64,000 nucleotides of DNA from Octopus sinensis (taxonomy: Eukaryota), in assembly GCF_006345805.1 (NCBI RefSeq), contig NC_042998.1, positions 80,662,001 through 80,726,000 of the forward strand, given 5' to 3'. The notes beneath the pieces were generated by a model that saw only the letters and a program-made list of their open reading frames with translations, did no database searches and was not told where the DNA came from. Made by a program: the position numbers and the translations under genes. This document shows, piece by piece, positions 1 to 12,607 of the stretch; the stretch's first letter is position 1, and every line of letters starts with the position of its first letter.

Positions 1-97
1 GTATTTGTCTTGTCCTGTCTCTTCAAAACTGCTCTCATTTTTTACTAAAATTAGTAAGAAAGAATCATACATTTTGTTATAATATTGTATGTTTTAT

Positions 98-320
98 AAG
101 GTGGCAAGCTGTTAGAAATGTTAGCACGCCAGGTGAAATGCATAGTGGTATTTCGTCTGTCTTTACGTTCTGAGTTCAAATTCCACCAAGGTTGACTTTG
201 CCTTTTATCCTTTCAGGGTCGATAAATTAAGTACCAGTTGTGCACTGGGGTTGATTTAATCAACTGGCCCCCTCCCCCATAATTTTGGGCCTTGTGCCTA
301 GAATAGAAAAGAATATTGTA
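98..320 (+). mobile_element. tRNA-derived SINE, family A (about 20 copies or fragments in the window, e.g. 18440-18645 +, 20862-21075 +, 23027-23235 -, 48110-48360 -, 59700-59940 -)
   Basis: Shared core ttctgagttcaaattccgccgaggtcgactttgcctttcatcctttcggggtcgataaa...gtaccagt recurs on both strands. Confidence 0.85.
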
Positions 321-480
321 TGTTTTATAGAAACCACTAAATACGTATATGTAGATACAACAGAAGGCCAAATCAAATCCAGCCAAAAGATTTCCTCATC
401 ACAGTACTCAAACCTATATTACCATTATAGCAATCTTTTGATAAACATTACTTATTTATCATACTTGTTATTATTTTCAG

Positions 481-536
481 AAAATGGTTCTGAAGATATG
501 CATACTTTACCAAATGGCTTGACATTCATTACTTCT
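481..536 (+). CDS. PON: Paraoxonase/arylesterase, first in-window exon (equivalent to vertebrate exon 3): (E)NGSEDMHTLPNGLTFITS
   Basis: ttttcag acceptor at 479-480 and GTGAGT donor at 537; 56 bp, phase 1 to 0. Matches PON1 ETGSEDLEILPNGLAFISS, including Ca ligands E53/D54. Confidence 0.93.
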
Positions 537-677
537 GTGAGTAGAATATTTTTGCTTTGTTTTTCTCTTATTTCCTCAATGATTGACAGTAAATGTAAGA
601 TACTCATGTGGAAATGGTATGGGCTTATTGACTCATTGATCTGGGGTTGAAATACATTGCAGGCATTTCATTGTTTA

Positions 678-1244
678 CACTTGCGTCGGAAATTAATTAG
701 CACTTCTCAAATTTCTACATTTTCTTACATTTTCTTAATTTAATTAACTTATTATCAGAAACGAACTCGTTTTTAATCAAAAATTTATTAAAACATATCC
801 CAGCACACCACATAATTGTTATTAATCGTGAAATTTAGTCAATATCTTGTTGCTCCTCCTTTGGCAGCAATGACAGCTGCTACGCGGGTCGGCATGCTGT
901 CTATGAGTGCCTGCAGGTACTATGCAGGGATGGCCCCTCATGCAGCAAGAAGTGCCCCAAACAGCTCGTGTCGGTTCCTGTATTGCTGCACATTCAAATC
1001 CCTACACAATCGACTCCAGAGGTTCTCAATAGGGTTCAGGTCAGGTGACTGGCCAGCACGTACTCCTCGCCACCAAAGAGGTATCCCGTACTATCTCAAC
1101 GTACTTTGCTGCGTTGATGTTGCCTTCGACGGCATAGAGCCACCCAACACCACTGTAGCTGAACGCCCCTCACACCATCAGACCACCCACACCATGCTTC
1201 ATGGTGAGCAAATGAAGGGTGCTAATTAATTTCTGACAGTAGTG
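678..1244 (-). mobile_element. Tc1-derived internally deleted element/MITE
   Basis: TA at both ends (676-677, 1245-1246); TIR cact...gtc(g/a)gaaattaattagcac. Minus strand carries a decayed Tc1 C-terminus (SPDLNPIENLW...LIDSMPTRVAAVIAAKGGATRY). Confidence 0.85.
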
Positions 1245-2114
1245 TATTTGCACACTGACAAAATAAAGTCAGTCCATTTATTTGAGACCCTAACAAAGCT
1301 CATGGTTCTGTTGTTCTCCCTCTGACTAAGTCATTAGGTAAACAAAAACAAAACCTCAGAGTCAGTGGCAACTTATAACTGTGTGTGTTGGTGGATACCA
1401 ATTAATTAAATTGTCATTGATTTGATTAGTTTAACCCCAGTATTTTATGGGCAGCATGCACAGTATGGCCAAATAGTTAAGAAGTTTGTTTCACGATCAT
1501 GATGTAAGTTCAGCTCTACTGTGTGGTGTCTTGGGAAACTGTCTTTTTCTTTAGACCCGAACCAATCAATGTCTCATAAGTGGAACTGATAAATGGAAAC
1601 TGTATGGGAGCCTGCCATATGTGTGTGTCTGCCACTCTCCACACTTTTTAAAATTTACTCACCTACCCACTCACCCAGTCCAATCCTTTGTATCTTCTTT
1701 GTAATTTGTGGGTTTGCCCTGACTCTGGGCTAACCATGTATCTTACAGCAAGACACCTGTTATTGTCCCTCTATCATACATTAACCTCAGATCACTTGGC
1801 ATAAAGCCACCTCCCTCAACACTATACTCTTCCTCTTAGTTGGTCTAAAGAAAACAGTGATATGATGTATACATCCTTTTGACATTATTACAGGTGGCTC
1901 TGCTCTTTCAAAGACCTTTGGAATAAAAAAAAAATCTCTTTCCTTGAAAACCAGTAAACATTCAGGACATGAAGGGCATTAAATAAGTCCCTGTCCAGCC
2001 CATACTAGCATGGAAAAACAGACATTATACAAACAAAATTTCCTCCTTTATAAAAATCAAACAAACAAAACAATCAGTCAAACAAAATGTATTTTATATT
2101 TTAACATTTTTCAG

Positions 2115-2286
2115 GGTTTTCTTGTTGATTACCTCAGCCAGGGTAAGAACACTAATAGTATGGGACGTATCCTTCTCTATGATATGTCTAAAGACAGTAA
2201 CCAAGAAATCATTGAATTAGAACTTGAGAATTTTCATCCTCAGAGATTTGTTCCTCATGGTATCAGTGCTTGGCAAGATGATAATG
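2115..2286 (+). CDS. PON: PON exon: GFLVDYLSQGKNTNSMGRILLYDMSKDSNQEIIELELENFHPQRFVPHGISAWQDDN(G)
   Basis: tttttcag acceptor, GTAAGT donor at 2287; 172 bp, phase 0 to 1. PHGIS motif (H115) and G-R/K-ILL-x-D motif. Confidence 0.95.
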
Positions 2287-3984
2287 GTAAGTTGTATTTG
2301 AAATTTTGAGCATTCTTTTATTTTGGCCCTGGTTTCAACCATTGGACTGCAGCCCATGTTGGACTCGTATATAGGCACTGCGGAACTGCAACACCCCCTA
2401 CTTCCACTCAATAGTATTGATTACATTCAATATAACGAGTCCTTTTTTTCTTTAATTCTTTCTTTATACTTGTACATTTTATAATCCTTATGCTTAATGT
2501 CAGTAGCCATCCTCTGGTTTATAAAAAAAATACAAAAATCCTTGTATAGAATTGTGCACTTCACAGTTCCAGTGATGCAGTGTTTGGCTATTGTGCGCAT
2601 GCTCACATGTTCGAAATAAGAATCTTCACACTAGGGAGAGAGAGAGCACTGCATGAATGACAGTGCTGACCCTCATATTCCAATGAAAAGTAGTGTTTCC
2701 TTTGGACTCCGCATGTGTTGTGTTTAAAAACATGTTTATATTCTTGAATGTGATAAAGTATAGAATTAGATTATTATCCTGCTTCCAGCTTCAGTGTTGC
2801 TGCCAGGATTTGAAAAATAGGGCTGATTTTCTCTGCCTTATTTTGTGATTTAGTGGGGATTTTTGAAAAACATGGGGAAATTCACAGCGGTGTTCAGTAA
2901 ACAAATTAAACACACTACCAGGCAGTGGGTAAAATGTGACCCGATCAAGTTTATGTATAAATTTTCTGTTTATATGTTTATTTCCTTTTACACAATATTA
3001 AAACGACGGCTAAAAATTTTCTGAAGCAGCACCCCAACTAATTTTATCTGTGAGCCGCCACTGATTATAACGTCCCCTCTCTAACTTATGTCTGTCTGTT
3101 GTTTATTTTTATGAAGTTCTTATAGTGGCTGTCGTTGGCTGTTCAAGTGCATGTTATTAAATGGAACAACAGTTAGTATAAATCACCATGAGATATTTTT
3201 GTGTATAAATATATTGTTTATTCTGTGTTCAGCTTCTGTGGTGGAAGCATGTAGTATGAAACAAAAACATATGCGTTTACATACAAAGAAAGTTTTGATT
3301 TTTGCTTTTGCATTGAAAGAAGTAACATAATATTTGTATTACAGTATGTATGCATGTGTGTAATGAGAACAGTCATTTTGAGAATGTGTGTGTGTGATAA
3401 AATATCTTTGTTTATGAACCATATATCTTGTATTGAGGTGAATAGACATGTGAGTCGCATGTAGGAGATTGTGTGTGGAGCTGCAGAGAAGACATGTGTC
3501 TTTGACCAAAGCCTGGCAGGAACTGAAGCTGTTTCTACAGTGTAGCTCAGAATGAGGCTAGTGTCTCAGAATGAGGCTAGTGTATCAAAGTGAGGCCGGT
3601 GTATCAAGGTGAGGCTAGACTCCTCATCGATATATTCGTCTACTGTGCAGGTCAACTCATATTACTATGTAATATGCAGCTCTGCTACACTGTATTTCAT
3701 CAAATGGCTAAGGCTTTTTCTTTTTCTTGACAGAAAGGGCTGCAACTAGTTTACTCTGTTATACATAATTTACTCTGTTAAACATAGATTATGCTTTTTA
3801 TAAGTGGTTTATACCATTATATATGATTTATATCACTATATGTAGTTTATTAGGTGGTGAGCTGGCAGAATCGTTTGCACACGGGGCAAAATGCTTAGCG
3901 GTATTTCACCTGTCTTTACGTTCTGAGTTCAAATTTCGCTGAGGTTGACTTTGCTATTTATCCTTTCATTTGAGCGTGAATGTT

Positions 3985-4335
3985 GCCAGTGCCGCCTGAC
4001 TGGCTCCTGTATCTGTGGCACGTAAAAAGCACTATTCGAGCATGGTCGATGCCAGTACTGCCTGACAGGCTCCCATTTCAGTGGCACATAAAAAGCACCA
4101 TTAAAGCATGGTCAATGCCAGTACTGCCTGACTGGCCCTCGTGGCGTTGGCATGTAAAAAGCACCCACTACATTCTTGGAGTGGATGGTGTTAGGAAGGA
4201 CATCCAGCTGTTGAAACTGTGCCAGATCATATTGGAACCTGGTGCAGCCTTCTGGCTTACCAGCCTTCAGTCAAACCATCCAACCCATGCCAGCATGGAA
4301 AGCAGACGTTAAACGGCGATGATGATGATGATGAT
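3985..4335 (+). mobile_element. Interspersed retroposon family with (GAT)n tail (also 7925-8458, 28490-28775, 20050-20300 -, 40550-40715)
   Basis: Recurrent ttaggaagggcatccagctgtagaaac...aacccatgctagcatggaaagcggacgttaaacgatgatgat. This copy splits a family-A SINE (3853-3965 / 4340-4445). Confidence 0.8.
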
Positions 4336-5104
4336 AATGGGGGGGGGGGTCGATAAATTATGTACCAGTTGTGCACTGGGGGTTGATCTAATTGACTGGC
4401 CCCTTCCCAGCAAATTCCAGGCCTTGTGCCTTTAATTGAAAGGGTTATATGTAGTTTATGCTGTTGTTATACATTGTTTATGTCACACACATGGTTTATG
4501 CTGTTATACATGGTCTATATCATTAAATGTGGTTTATGCTGTTATATGCACTTCCATGTGTTTATATACATAGTTATAGGTTCAGGTTTGACTCCTGAAC
4601 TTATAACTTTGTGCTTTTCAACCTCTGCTTCTCTCCTTGCTAAATATTCCTTTTGCCTAGCTTCTCTTCTAGCTACACAGTGCTGGTGCCAATAAAAAGC
4701 ACCCAGTACATTCTGTAAAGTGGTTGGCATTAGGAAGAGCATCTAACCATAGAAAGCAAGCCAAACAAAACAACTGCAACTTGGTGCAGCTCTCCAGCTT
4801 ACTGCATCTAGTCAAGCTGTGCAACCCATACCAGCATGAAAAACAGACATCAAATGGTGTATGGGCATGTAAAGTTTCGATCTTTAAGGAAGAGGTTCAT
4901 GTCCTTTTTTTGTAAAGAGTTTTAAGTTAAGTTAAACTTTTTAAAGAGTTTTAAGTTAAATTTTCAAGACTTCTAATAAATAATGTTTAAATTCTGTACG
5001 AGGTGGTCGAAATTTTAGTTGGTAGATTGTAAATCTATTTGTAAGTTATGTTTATATATTCATTTTGCAAGATTCTTGATGTGAATTTGTGTGTTGAAAC
5101 AGAC

Positions 5105-5469
5105 ATTGTTGTATTTGGAGATAGTCATTTTGTCAGTTTAGCCAATGAACACATACACACTATGTTTTTGATGTTCACTTGCTTCAGCTATATTTTATGT
5201 TAATTGTATTTCGGCCAGAGTTCTTTAGTCACACTTCTGCGACCTCATCAACAGGAATACAAAATGGCAGATCGTTTGTAAAGAGAGACACACAAAAAAG
5301 AAAGAAGAAAGCACAGGACCACTGATGAGGTCACAGAAGTGTAATGAAAGAACTCTGGCTGAAATACAATTAATATAAAATATAGCTGAAGCAAGTGAAC
5401 ACCAAATATATAGGGCTTGTGTTTTCATTGGCTAAACAGGCAACACGACCACCCCCAAATACAACAATA
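5105..5469. repeat. Inverted pair of PLE terminal (pLTR-like) segments: arms 5105-5250 and 5333-5469
   Basis: Arms are reverse complements with scattered mismatches. The same sequence follows the GIY-YIG ORF at 27900-28170. Confidence 0.8.
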
Positions 5470-5644
5470 ACTATTTATAATTGTTCTACTTTCTCGTGGT
5501 TTTATATCTCTATCTTCTGTTCTTTCCAGACATGTCCTCTTGGCCTGAGTAATATTGTAAATTGTATTATTTCCATACATGTATACATTACATCATTCTT
5601 TTGATCTTTGTTTTATTTTTGAATTGATTGATATATTCATAAAG

Positions 5645-5768
5645 GAAAAGTCACTGTTTTTGTGGTAAATCATTTGGTGAAAGGAGACCAAATCGAGTCC
5701 TTCGAATATCTTCCAGAGAAAAAAGCACTTCGACACGTAACTTCATTTAAAGATGGCAGCATGAGAAA
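5645..5768 (+). CDS. PON: PON exon: (G)KVTVFVVNHLVKGDQIESFEYLPEKKALRHVTSFKDGSMR(N)
   Basis: aaag acceptor, GTTAGC donor at 5769; 124 bp, phase 1 to 2. VVNH motif (H134). Not in the ORF track; found by motif search. Confidence 0.92.
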
Positions 5769-5900
5769 GTTAGCTTTTTTTCTTATATTTTCCTTCTACT
5801 TTTTTTTTTAAAGAAGAGATCTATGTTGTGCTTATTTATTTTGTTTTGTTTTTTATTGGCATATTTTAGCTTTTGTAGGATTTAACTGAAAAGCATCATC

Positions 5901-6300
5901 ACATGTGGCTGTGTGGTAAGAAGCTTGCTTCCCAACCACATGGCTCTGGGTTCAGTCCCACTGTGTGGAACATTGGGTAACTGTCTTCTGCTATTGCCTT
6001 AAGCCAACCAAAACCTTGGGAGTGGATTTGGAGGACAGAAACTAAAAGAAGCCTGTTGTATATATATGCATATATCTATGTCATTGTTGTCTGTGTTTGT
6101 CTCCCCGCCCCTCACCGCTTGACAACTGGTGATAGTGTGTTTATGTCCCTGTAACTTAGCGGTTTGGTAAAAGAGACCGATAGAATAAGTACTAGGCTTA
6201 AAAAACATAAAGTTCTGGGATTGATTCATTTGACTAAAACTCTTCAAGGTGGTGCTCCAGCATGGCCTCAGTCTAATCACAGGAATAAATAAAAGATACA
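5901..6300 (+). mobile_element. tRNA-derived SINE, family B with internal (TA/TG)n (also 7090-7450, 45760-46040, 46340-46740 -, 50000-50340 -, 55780-56140 -, 57100-57450 -, 59300-59650 -, 61280-61880 -)
   Basis: Head gtggctgtgtggtaag...ggttcagtcccactg; body gtggatttggtagacggaaactgaaagaagcccgtcg; 3' gaataagtactaggctt. Confidence 0.85.
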
Positions 6301-6668
6301 TGAATGTAGCAGATTTTAAAATAAAAGATAAGCACAGAGTGGTGCTTTGCTTGACCAAAATTCTTCAAGGTGGTGCCCTAGTATGGCCACAGTCCAGTGA
6401 TTGAAACTTATAAAGTAAGTATTTGTTTGTAATGTCACTGCTAGTCTACTTAGTGCACAGTGAGCCTGCAGTTGTTACCATTTGGTCATGGTCAGACTCA
6501 CTCCCCACTTCATTGCCCACCTTCTATTTTGAACCAAATTTAATTAATTAAACTTTTGGTGTTGTTTTACTTGCCTTTATTAACTAGAACAGATTGTTAA
6601 GCTAATGATTCTCTTTATTCACTAAAAGTGTCATTTTAATAAATTCAAAATTTCTTGGTTCATTAAAG

Positions 6669-6985
6669 TAGTGGAGGAACATGGTCTAGTGGTTAGAGCA
6701 GCGGACTCGCAGTCGAGGGATCGAGAGTTTGAATCTCAGACCGGACGGTGTGTGTGTTTATGAGTGAAACACCTAAGCCCCACGCAGCTCCGGCAGAAGG
6801 TAATGGTGAAACTCCTGCTGACTCTTTTGCCACAACCTTCTCTCACTCTTTCCTACTGCATCTTGCAGCTCACCTGCGATGGACCGTTGTCCCGTCCAGG
6901 TGGGGAACCTATATGCCAAGAAACCGGGAAACCGGCCCTTATGAGCCAGGCATGGCTCGGGAAGGAACAAACAAAAGAAGGAAGG
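6669..6985 (+). mobile_element. tRNA-derived SINE, family D
   Basis: A-box tggtctagtggtt, B-box-like gagtttgaatctc, (AAC)-like tail; single copy in the window. Confidence 0.6.
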
Positions 6986-7246
6986 TTCATTAAAGTGTGT
7001 CTCTTAATATCAACTTTACTATTTACTTATCATGCAGAGTGTGAGCCTGAGTATCTTTATTCGTTATTTGTTTAGTTATTCATAGGTGCAGGAGTGGCTG
7101 TGTGGTAAGTAGCTTGCTTACCAACCACATAGTTCGGGGTTCAGTCCCACTGCGGGGCACCTTGGGCAAGTGTTTTCTACTATAGCCTCGGGCTGACCAA
7201 AGCCTTGTGAGTGGATTTGGTTGAGGGAAACTGAAAGAAGCCTGTC

Positions 7247-7295
<49 letters not shown>

Positions 7296-8858
7296 TGTTT
7301 GTGTTTGTACCCCTGCCATTGTTTGACAGCCAATGTTGGTGAGTTTACATATCCATAACTTAGTGCTTTAACAAAAGAGACCGATAGTATAAGTACTAGG
7401 CTTACAAAAAATAAGTCCAGGGGTTGATTTGTTCAGCTGAAACAAATAAAAGAATAAAAGAATTCATTTTAAAAGAGAACATTTTGGCCTCTTTTGTAAG
7501 TCTGTTGAGCTTTAGACAATGTCAAGTGTTTCATATTAACATATTGTACCATTTGTCTGGTGAAGCTCCAACTCATGAATCCAGGAGTTTTGGGAAGTAT
7601 GGGAGGTACCCTTTTAGACACCACTTCTAGGGCCACTCTGCCCTGGGAGAGTAGTCCCTCTCAAGGGTTTCTGTTATTGGTCAAATAACTCTGAATGTCT
7701 TTAGTCATTCAGAGATGAGAGGAGGACCAGCTCTAGACTAGAGTGAGCTTACTCTGATGTCATATCAGCTTTAAATAAGTCCCATTGACTCAAGAGTAAG
7801 CTTCAGAGAGAACAGAAATTAGCAGAGTAAAATGTATTTAACCCTTACATTACTGTATTTATTTTTGAGATGCTCTGTGTTTCTTTCAATTACTTTAAAT
7901 AAAAATCAAAAATCAAAATCAAATTCGATGACTGGCGTCCATGCTAGCGGGGTGCAAAGAGCACCATACGAGTGTGATCATTGACAGAGCGGCTAACCAG
8001 CTTCCTTGCCAGTGGCACTTAAAAGGCACCATTCGAGCGTGATCGTTACCAGCGTCGCACTACTGGCACTCGAGTCCCGTGCTAGTAGGGTATTAAGAGC
8101 ACCATCTGAGTGTGATCGTTGCCAGAGCGGCCATCTGGCCTCTGTGCCGGTGGCACATAAAAAACACCATTCGAGTGTGATCATTACCAGCATCGCCTTA
8201 CTGGCACCTGCGCCGGTGGCATGTATAAACGATTCGAGCGAGGTTGTTGCCAGTGCCGCCTGACTGGCCCCGTGCCGGTGACACGTAAAAGCACCCACTA
8301 CACTCTCGGAGTGATTGGCGTTAGGAAGGGCATCCAGCTGTAGAAACTCTGCCAGATCAAGATTGGTGCCTGGTGCAGCCATCTGGTTCGCCATCCCACA
8401 GTCACACATCCAACCCATGCTAGCATGGAAAGTGGACGTTAAAAGATGATGATGATGATAACAAAGAATTTAGTAAAATAACTCAGTTATCATTAAGCTA
8501 GTGTTAGGAATGTAAATTGTGACTAGGTTTGGTGGAAGATTTTAATTCAAAACTTATGAAAACTAGACAGTTGTACTCAGAACCAGAGCCAGTTGCATGG
8601 CACGATAATGACTCTACCAGCTTGTTACCTTGATTGCTATGAATATGACATACTCTACCCCATTAGTATTTAAACTGGCCTTATCTGTCCTGATTGTTCT
8701 ATCTGTTTTATGTTCAAACTGGCCTGACCCAACCTCTTACTCCTACCTGACAATGTTATTCTAAAATAAACAGTCACATCATTGAAATCTCAAACCTACA
8801 AGATAATGCTTGGTTAATTCAAAGCGATGTGTATAAATAAGTATTATATTTGACAGAG

Positions 8859-9167
8859 TGTGTAGCTTAGTGGTTAGGGCATCTGGCTCACGATCTTAAG
8901 GTCATGAGTTCAATTCCCAGCAATGCATTGTTTCCTTGAGCAAGACACTTTATTTCATGTTGTTCCAATCCACTAAGCTGGCAAAAATGAGTAGTACCTT
9001 TATTTCAAAGGGCCAGCCTTGTCACACTCTGTGTCATGCTGAATCTCCCTTTAAGGGTACATGTGTCTGTGGAGTGCTCAGCCACTTGCATGTTAATTTT
9101 ACAAGCAAGCTATTCCATTGATTGTATCAGCTGGGACCCTCATTGTTATAACCGATGGAGTGCTCTC
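8859..9167 (+). mobile_element. tRNA-derived SINE, family C, with 13-bp TSD (also 10150-10465, 36850-37160, 55243-55557 -)
   Basis: A-box tagcttagtggtt and B-box gagttcaattccc. TSD atatttgacagag at 8846-8858 and 9168-9180. Confidence 0.88.
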
Positions 9168-9360
9168 ATATTTGACAGAGCAATCTGAATAGTAAAGAGT
9201 TAATGCATTAAAAACTTTTTTCCCTGAATACGCACTGCTATAATTGTGGTGCATCTAAAATGTCTGTGCATCTTTTATGCCATCAAATATTGTATTTAAA
9301 GAAAATCAAAAATCAAAATCTAGTTTTTCTTTCTAATGTATTATTGTTTATTATTTACAG

Positions 9361-9561
9361 TGTAAATGATGTGGTAGCTACCAGCAACAGAACCTTCTAT
9401 TTCACCAACTGGTCACACTACAGGAATTTTATTGGCAAATTACTCGAGATGTTATTGCTTTTGCCATGGACCCATGTATACTACCATGATGGCGAGGTTT
9501 ACCGATTGGTTGCTGAGGATTTAGTTATGGCTAATGGCATAGCGATGTCAAATGATGAAAA
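9361..9561 (+). CDS. PON: PON exon: (N)VNDVVATSNRTFYFTNWSHYRNFIGKLLEMLLLLPWTHVYYHDGEVYRLVAEDLVMANGIAMSNDE(K)
   Basis: tttacag acceptor, GTAAGT donor at 9562; 201 bp, phase 2 to 2. N168/D169 (VND) and N224 (ANG) motifs. Confidence 0.95.
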
Positions 9562-9689
9562 GTAAGTTGTTGCTTTGAAACTACCAAGTGTTTTGATTCT
9601 TCACTGATAAGGCTTGTGTTCTATTAGTAAATACAAAAGTTGTTATTGAAGGTCAGGTTGATTGTATTTCTATGACCATTCATAAAATA

Positions 9690-10060
9690 TGTGAGGTCTG
9701 ATCAAAATGTATTGGGTCTGGTGCTACAAAAAGGAAGCTACATCATATATCAATTTGGCATTTAATCTCTTTTGAAGTAGTTTCCTTCTGAAACCATATA
9801 CTTTATCCAGTGATCTTACCATTGATAGAAGTATTCTTGGAACTCCTCTTTTGGGATAGTGAGTAGCTGCCTTGCTGCATTCACTTGGGTTTCCTCAACA
9901 TCTTGAAATCTTGTTCCTTTCAACAGGGATTTGATTTTTGTGCTGGTTTCAGCGTCATAGCCATAGATCCACAATTCTTCACCTGTTATGACCATTTTCA
10001 AAAAAGTTTTCATCTTCATTGACACAGTCATGGAGATCCTGATCTTTTTGAAACAACCTC
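9690..10060 (-). mobile_element. mariner remnant, internally deleted
   Basis: Minus-strand ITGEELWIYGYDAET fused to KIKSLLKGTRFQDVEE...IPKEEFQEYFYQW. TIR-like gaggtctgatcaaaa at the left end. Confidence 0.8.
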
Positions 10061-10517
10061 ACTCTACACACTTTAATTCCAAGTATGTATGTGTATATAT
10101 GTGTGTGTGTGTGTGTGTAAGTGTGTATATATGTGAGTGTGTGAAGGCATGTGACTTAGTGGCTGGGATATATGGCTCACAATCATAAGGTCATGTGTTC
10201 AATTCCTGGCAGTGTGTTGTGTCCTTGAGCAAGACGCTTTATTTGTTATTACTCCAGTTTACTCAGGTGGCAAAAATTAAGTTGTACCTGTAGTGCAAAG
10301 GGCCATCTTTGATGTACTCTGTTTCACACTGAATCTCTCTATGAACTATGTTAAGGGCATGTATGTTTGTGGAGTACTCAGCCACGTGCACACTCATTTC
10401 ATGAGCAGGCTGTTTGTTTGATCATATCAACTGGAATACTTGTCGTTGTTAGTGACAAAGAGTCAGGCACATATATATATGTATGTGTGTATGTATGTAT
10501 ATATGTATGTGTATATG

Positions 10518-10553
<36 letters not shown>

Positions 10554-10925
10554 CAAGGTGATTCAAAAGTCTCCATACATAGGAAGAAATTATGTTATAA
10601 GAAGCAGTTTATAAGATCCCCTAAGTCACCTGATCTGACCCCTCTTGATTTCTATCTTTGGGGGAATTTGAAAGGCATGGTGTATTGCGGCTAGATAAAA
10701 GACATAAATCATTTGAAGGAACACATCACCAACTCCTTTGCACATGTATCACCAGATGTGCTATTACGAGTTCACAATGAGTGGGGGTAAACATATTACC
10801 ATGTGTATTCAAAACAATAGTAACCATATAGAGCCTGTTAAATAAAAAAAACAAACTGTTGTTATAAACTGTTTCTTATAAAAAAAGAAATTGTTCCTAT
10901 GTATTGCGACTTTTGAATCACCCTG
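10554..10925 (+). mobile_element. Tc1/mariner-derived MITE in a (TA)n tract
   Basis: TIR ca(a/g)ggtgattcaaaagtc...atacatagga at both ends; internal SPDLTPLDFYLWG motif. Confidence 0.85.
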
Positions 10926-10933
10926 TATATATA

Positions 10934-10989
<56 letters not shown>

Positions 10990-11270
10990 GTAGATGGCCC
11001 TGCTCGATCTATAGAGAAGGTGTAGGTAGAAACTCTATAAGATGTACCCAGTGTAAGCTATGGACACATAAGAGGTGCAGCAATATCAAAGGAAGGCTAA
11101 CTGGGAAGATAGTTTTTGTTTGTGGCAGATGCTCGGGAGCAATAAACACTGAAAATATGAAGAGAACAACTTCCGCCACATTCCAGGGAGAAAAACTAGA
11201 AGTAGTTGATAGCTTCTGTTACCTAGGTGACCTAGTCAGTAGTGGAGGAGGGTGCGCTGAAAGTGTACCT
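10990..11270 (+). mobile_element. RTE-clade LINE fragment (Cys/His-rich insert plus RT C-terminal part)
   Basis: GRWPCSIYREGVGRNSIRCTQCKLWTHKRCSNIKG...CGRC...LEVVDSFCYLGD. Confidence 0.8.
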
Positions 11271-11271
11271 G

Positions 11272-12028
11272 TTACGAAGCGTTTGAACAAATTCAAGCAT
11301 CCCCTTCAACTGAACATGCTTTGGTTTTTCTCAGACAAGAAAAATTTCTGCTAGGTGAACATACAGAATGACTGTTGGCTTGCCATGTCCCCAAAGTATG
11401 TTCTGAGAGTGATAAAAATCAAACATCCAGTCAACATCTTGGTGTTTGGAGTGATCACTAGTGATGGTGATGTTATGCCTCCATTCATCTCCCCACACAG
11501 CCTCAGACTCAACATGGAGGCCTACATCAAAGTGCCTGGAGGAGGTAGTGCTGCCCTGGGTCAAGAGGGTGGCTGCTGGAAGACCCTATATCTGGTAACA
11601 GGTCTCTACACCATCCCACACTAGCAGGAGAACCCAGTCATGGCTGTCAAACAATTTCTGCGACCACATCACCCTTAACATCTGGCCACCTAACTCCCCA
11701 GACTGCAACCCTCTTGATTATTATGTGTGGGGTGCAGTTGAATGAGAGACCAACAAAACTCATTGTTATACCAAAGATGAACTGATGGCAAGGATTATGG
11801 CAGTGTTCACCAACTTAAATAAGGAGATGGTCCAGAAGAGTTGCAGGAGATTCTAATGTTGTCTGGAGGCTGCGGTTGAAGCCAATGGTGATTTTACTGA
11901 ATAAATTTACTCTTTAGTATTTCAAGATACTTTTATGTAATTTTGGTAAATATGTCTGTTAAAATGAAACGTCAGTGTTATTTTCATTTTTGTGTAATCT
12001 AGACAACAATTTATTTACTGCACCCTGT
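11272..12028 (+). mobile_element. maT/DD37D-like Tc1-mariner transposase remnant, 3' half
   Basis: WFFSD(E)KNF...VFGVITSDGDVMPPF...WPPNSPDCNPLDYYVWG with frameshifts and stops; ends in ...ctgcaccctgTA. Confidence 0.8.
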
Positions 12029-12217
12029 ATATGATATGTAAACATACCCATGCTAGCATGGAAGGTAGATGTTAAACAACAATGATGATGATGGTGATGA
12101 TGTACTGTAATTTGAATGCATAAAGAAATTGCTGATGATACCAGTAGTATAAATAATTGTTTGTAAAGATATTGCTAGATAACAATGTTTAATATAACTT
12201 CGTTATCTCTATTAAAG

Positions 12218-12299
12218 GTTTATCTATGTTGCATGTTCAATGACAAAAGATATCAAAGTATTTAAACGTGACATGGACAATCGGCTTGTATTTCACCAG
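12218..12299 (+). CDS. PON: PON exon: (K)FIYVACSMTKDIKVFKRDMDNRLVFHQ
   Basis: taaag acceptor, GTTAGT donor at 12300; 82 bp, phase 2 to 0. Aligns with PON1 [28 protein letters not shown]. Confidence 0.9.
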
Positions 12300-12607
12300 G
12301 TTAGTACTTGTTATCAATAATTTGTTTTACATCTGTTTGGGGCAGCTTTATTTCCCCAACCTCTTAAATCTATGATCAAAAGTGTTCATGCCATATCCAC
12401 CTCGTGGACCATATCTTGGCCCATATTGTCTAATATGTACTTCTTTTTTTGTAAGAGAGTTGTGATATAAGAGAGTATTTATAGCAGTTTGAGAGACTGG
12501 ACAGATGTTCGTTATTTGTGTCTACCGTCTTTTCATATGCAGTAATCTGTCTATGACTGATGCAGTTCTCAGAAAATCTTGTATTAAATAGGCACCTGCA
12601 ATTCTTA

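Noticed and set aside
816-1229. 137-aa + strand ORF
   Set aside because: Antisense of a decayed Tc1 transposase C-terminus.
8859-8930. tRNA-like A/B boxes here and at other SINE heads
   Set aside because: They continue into SINE bodies with TSDs; no complete cloverleaf recognised.
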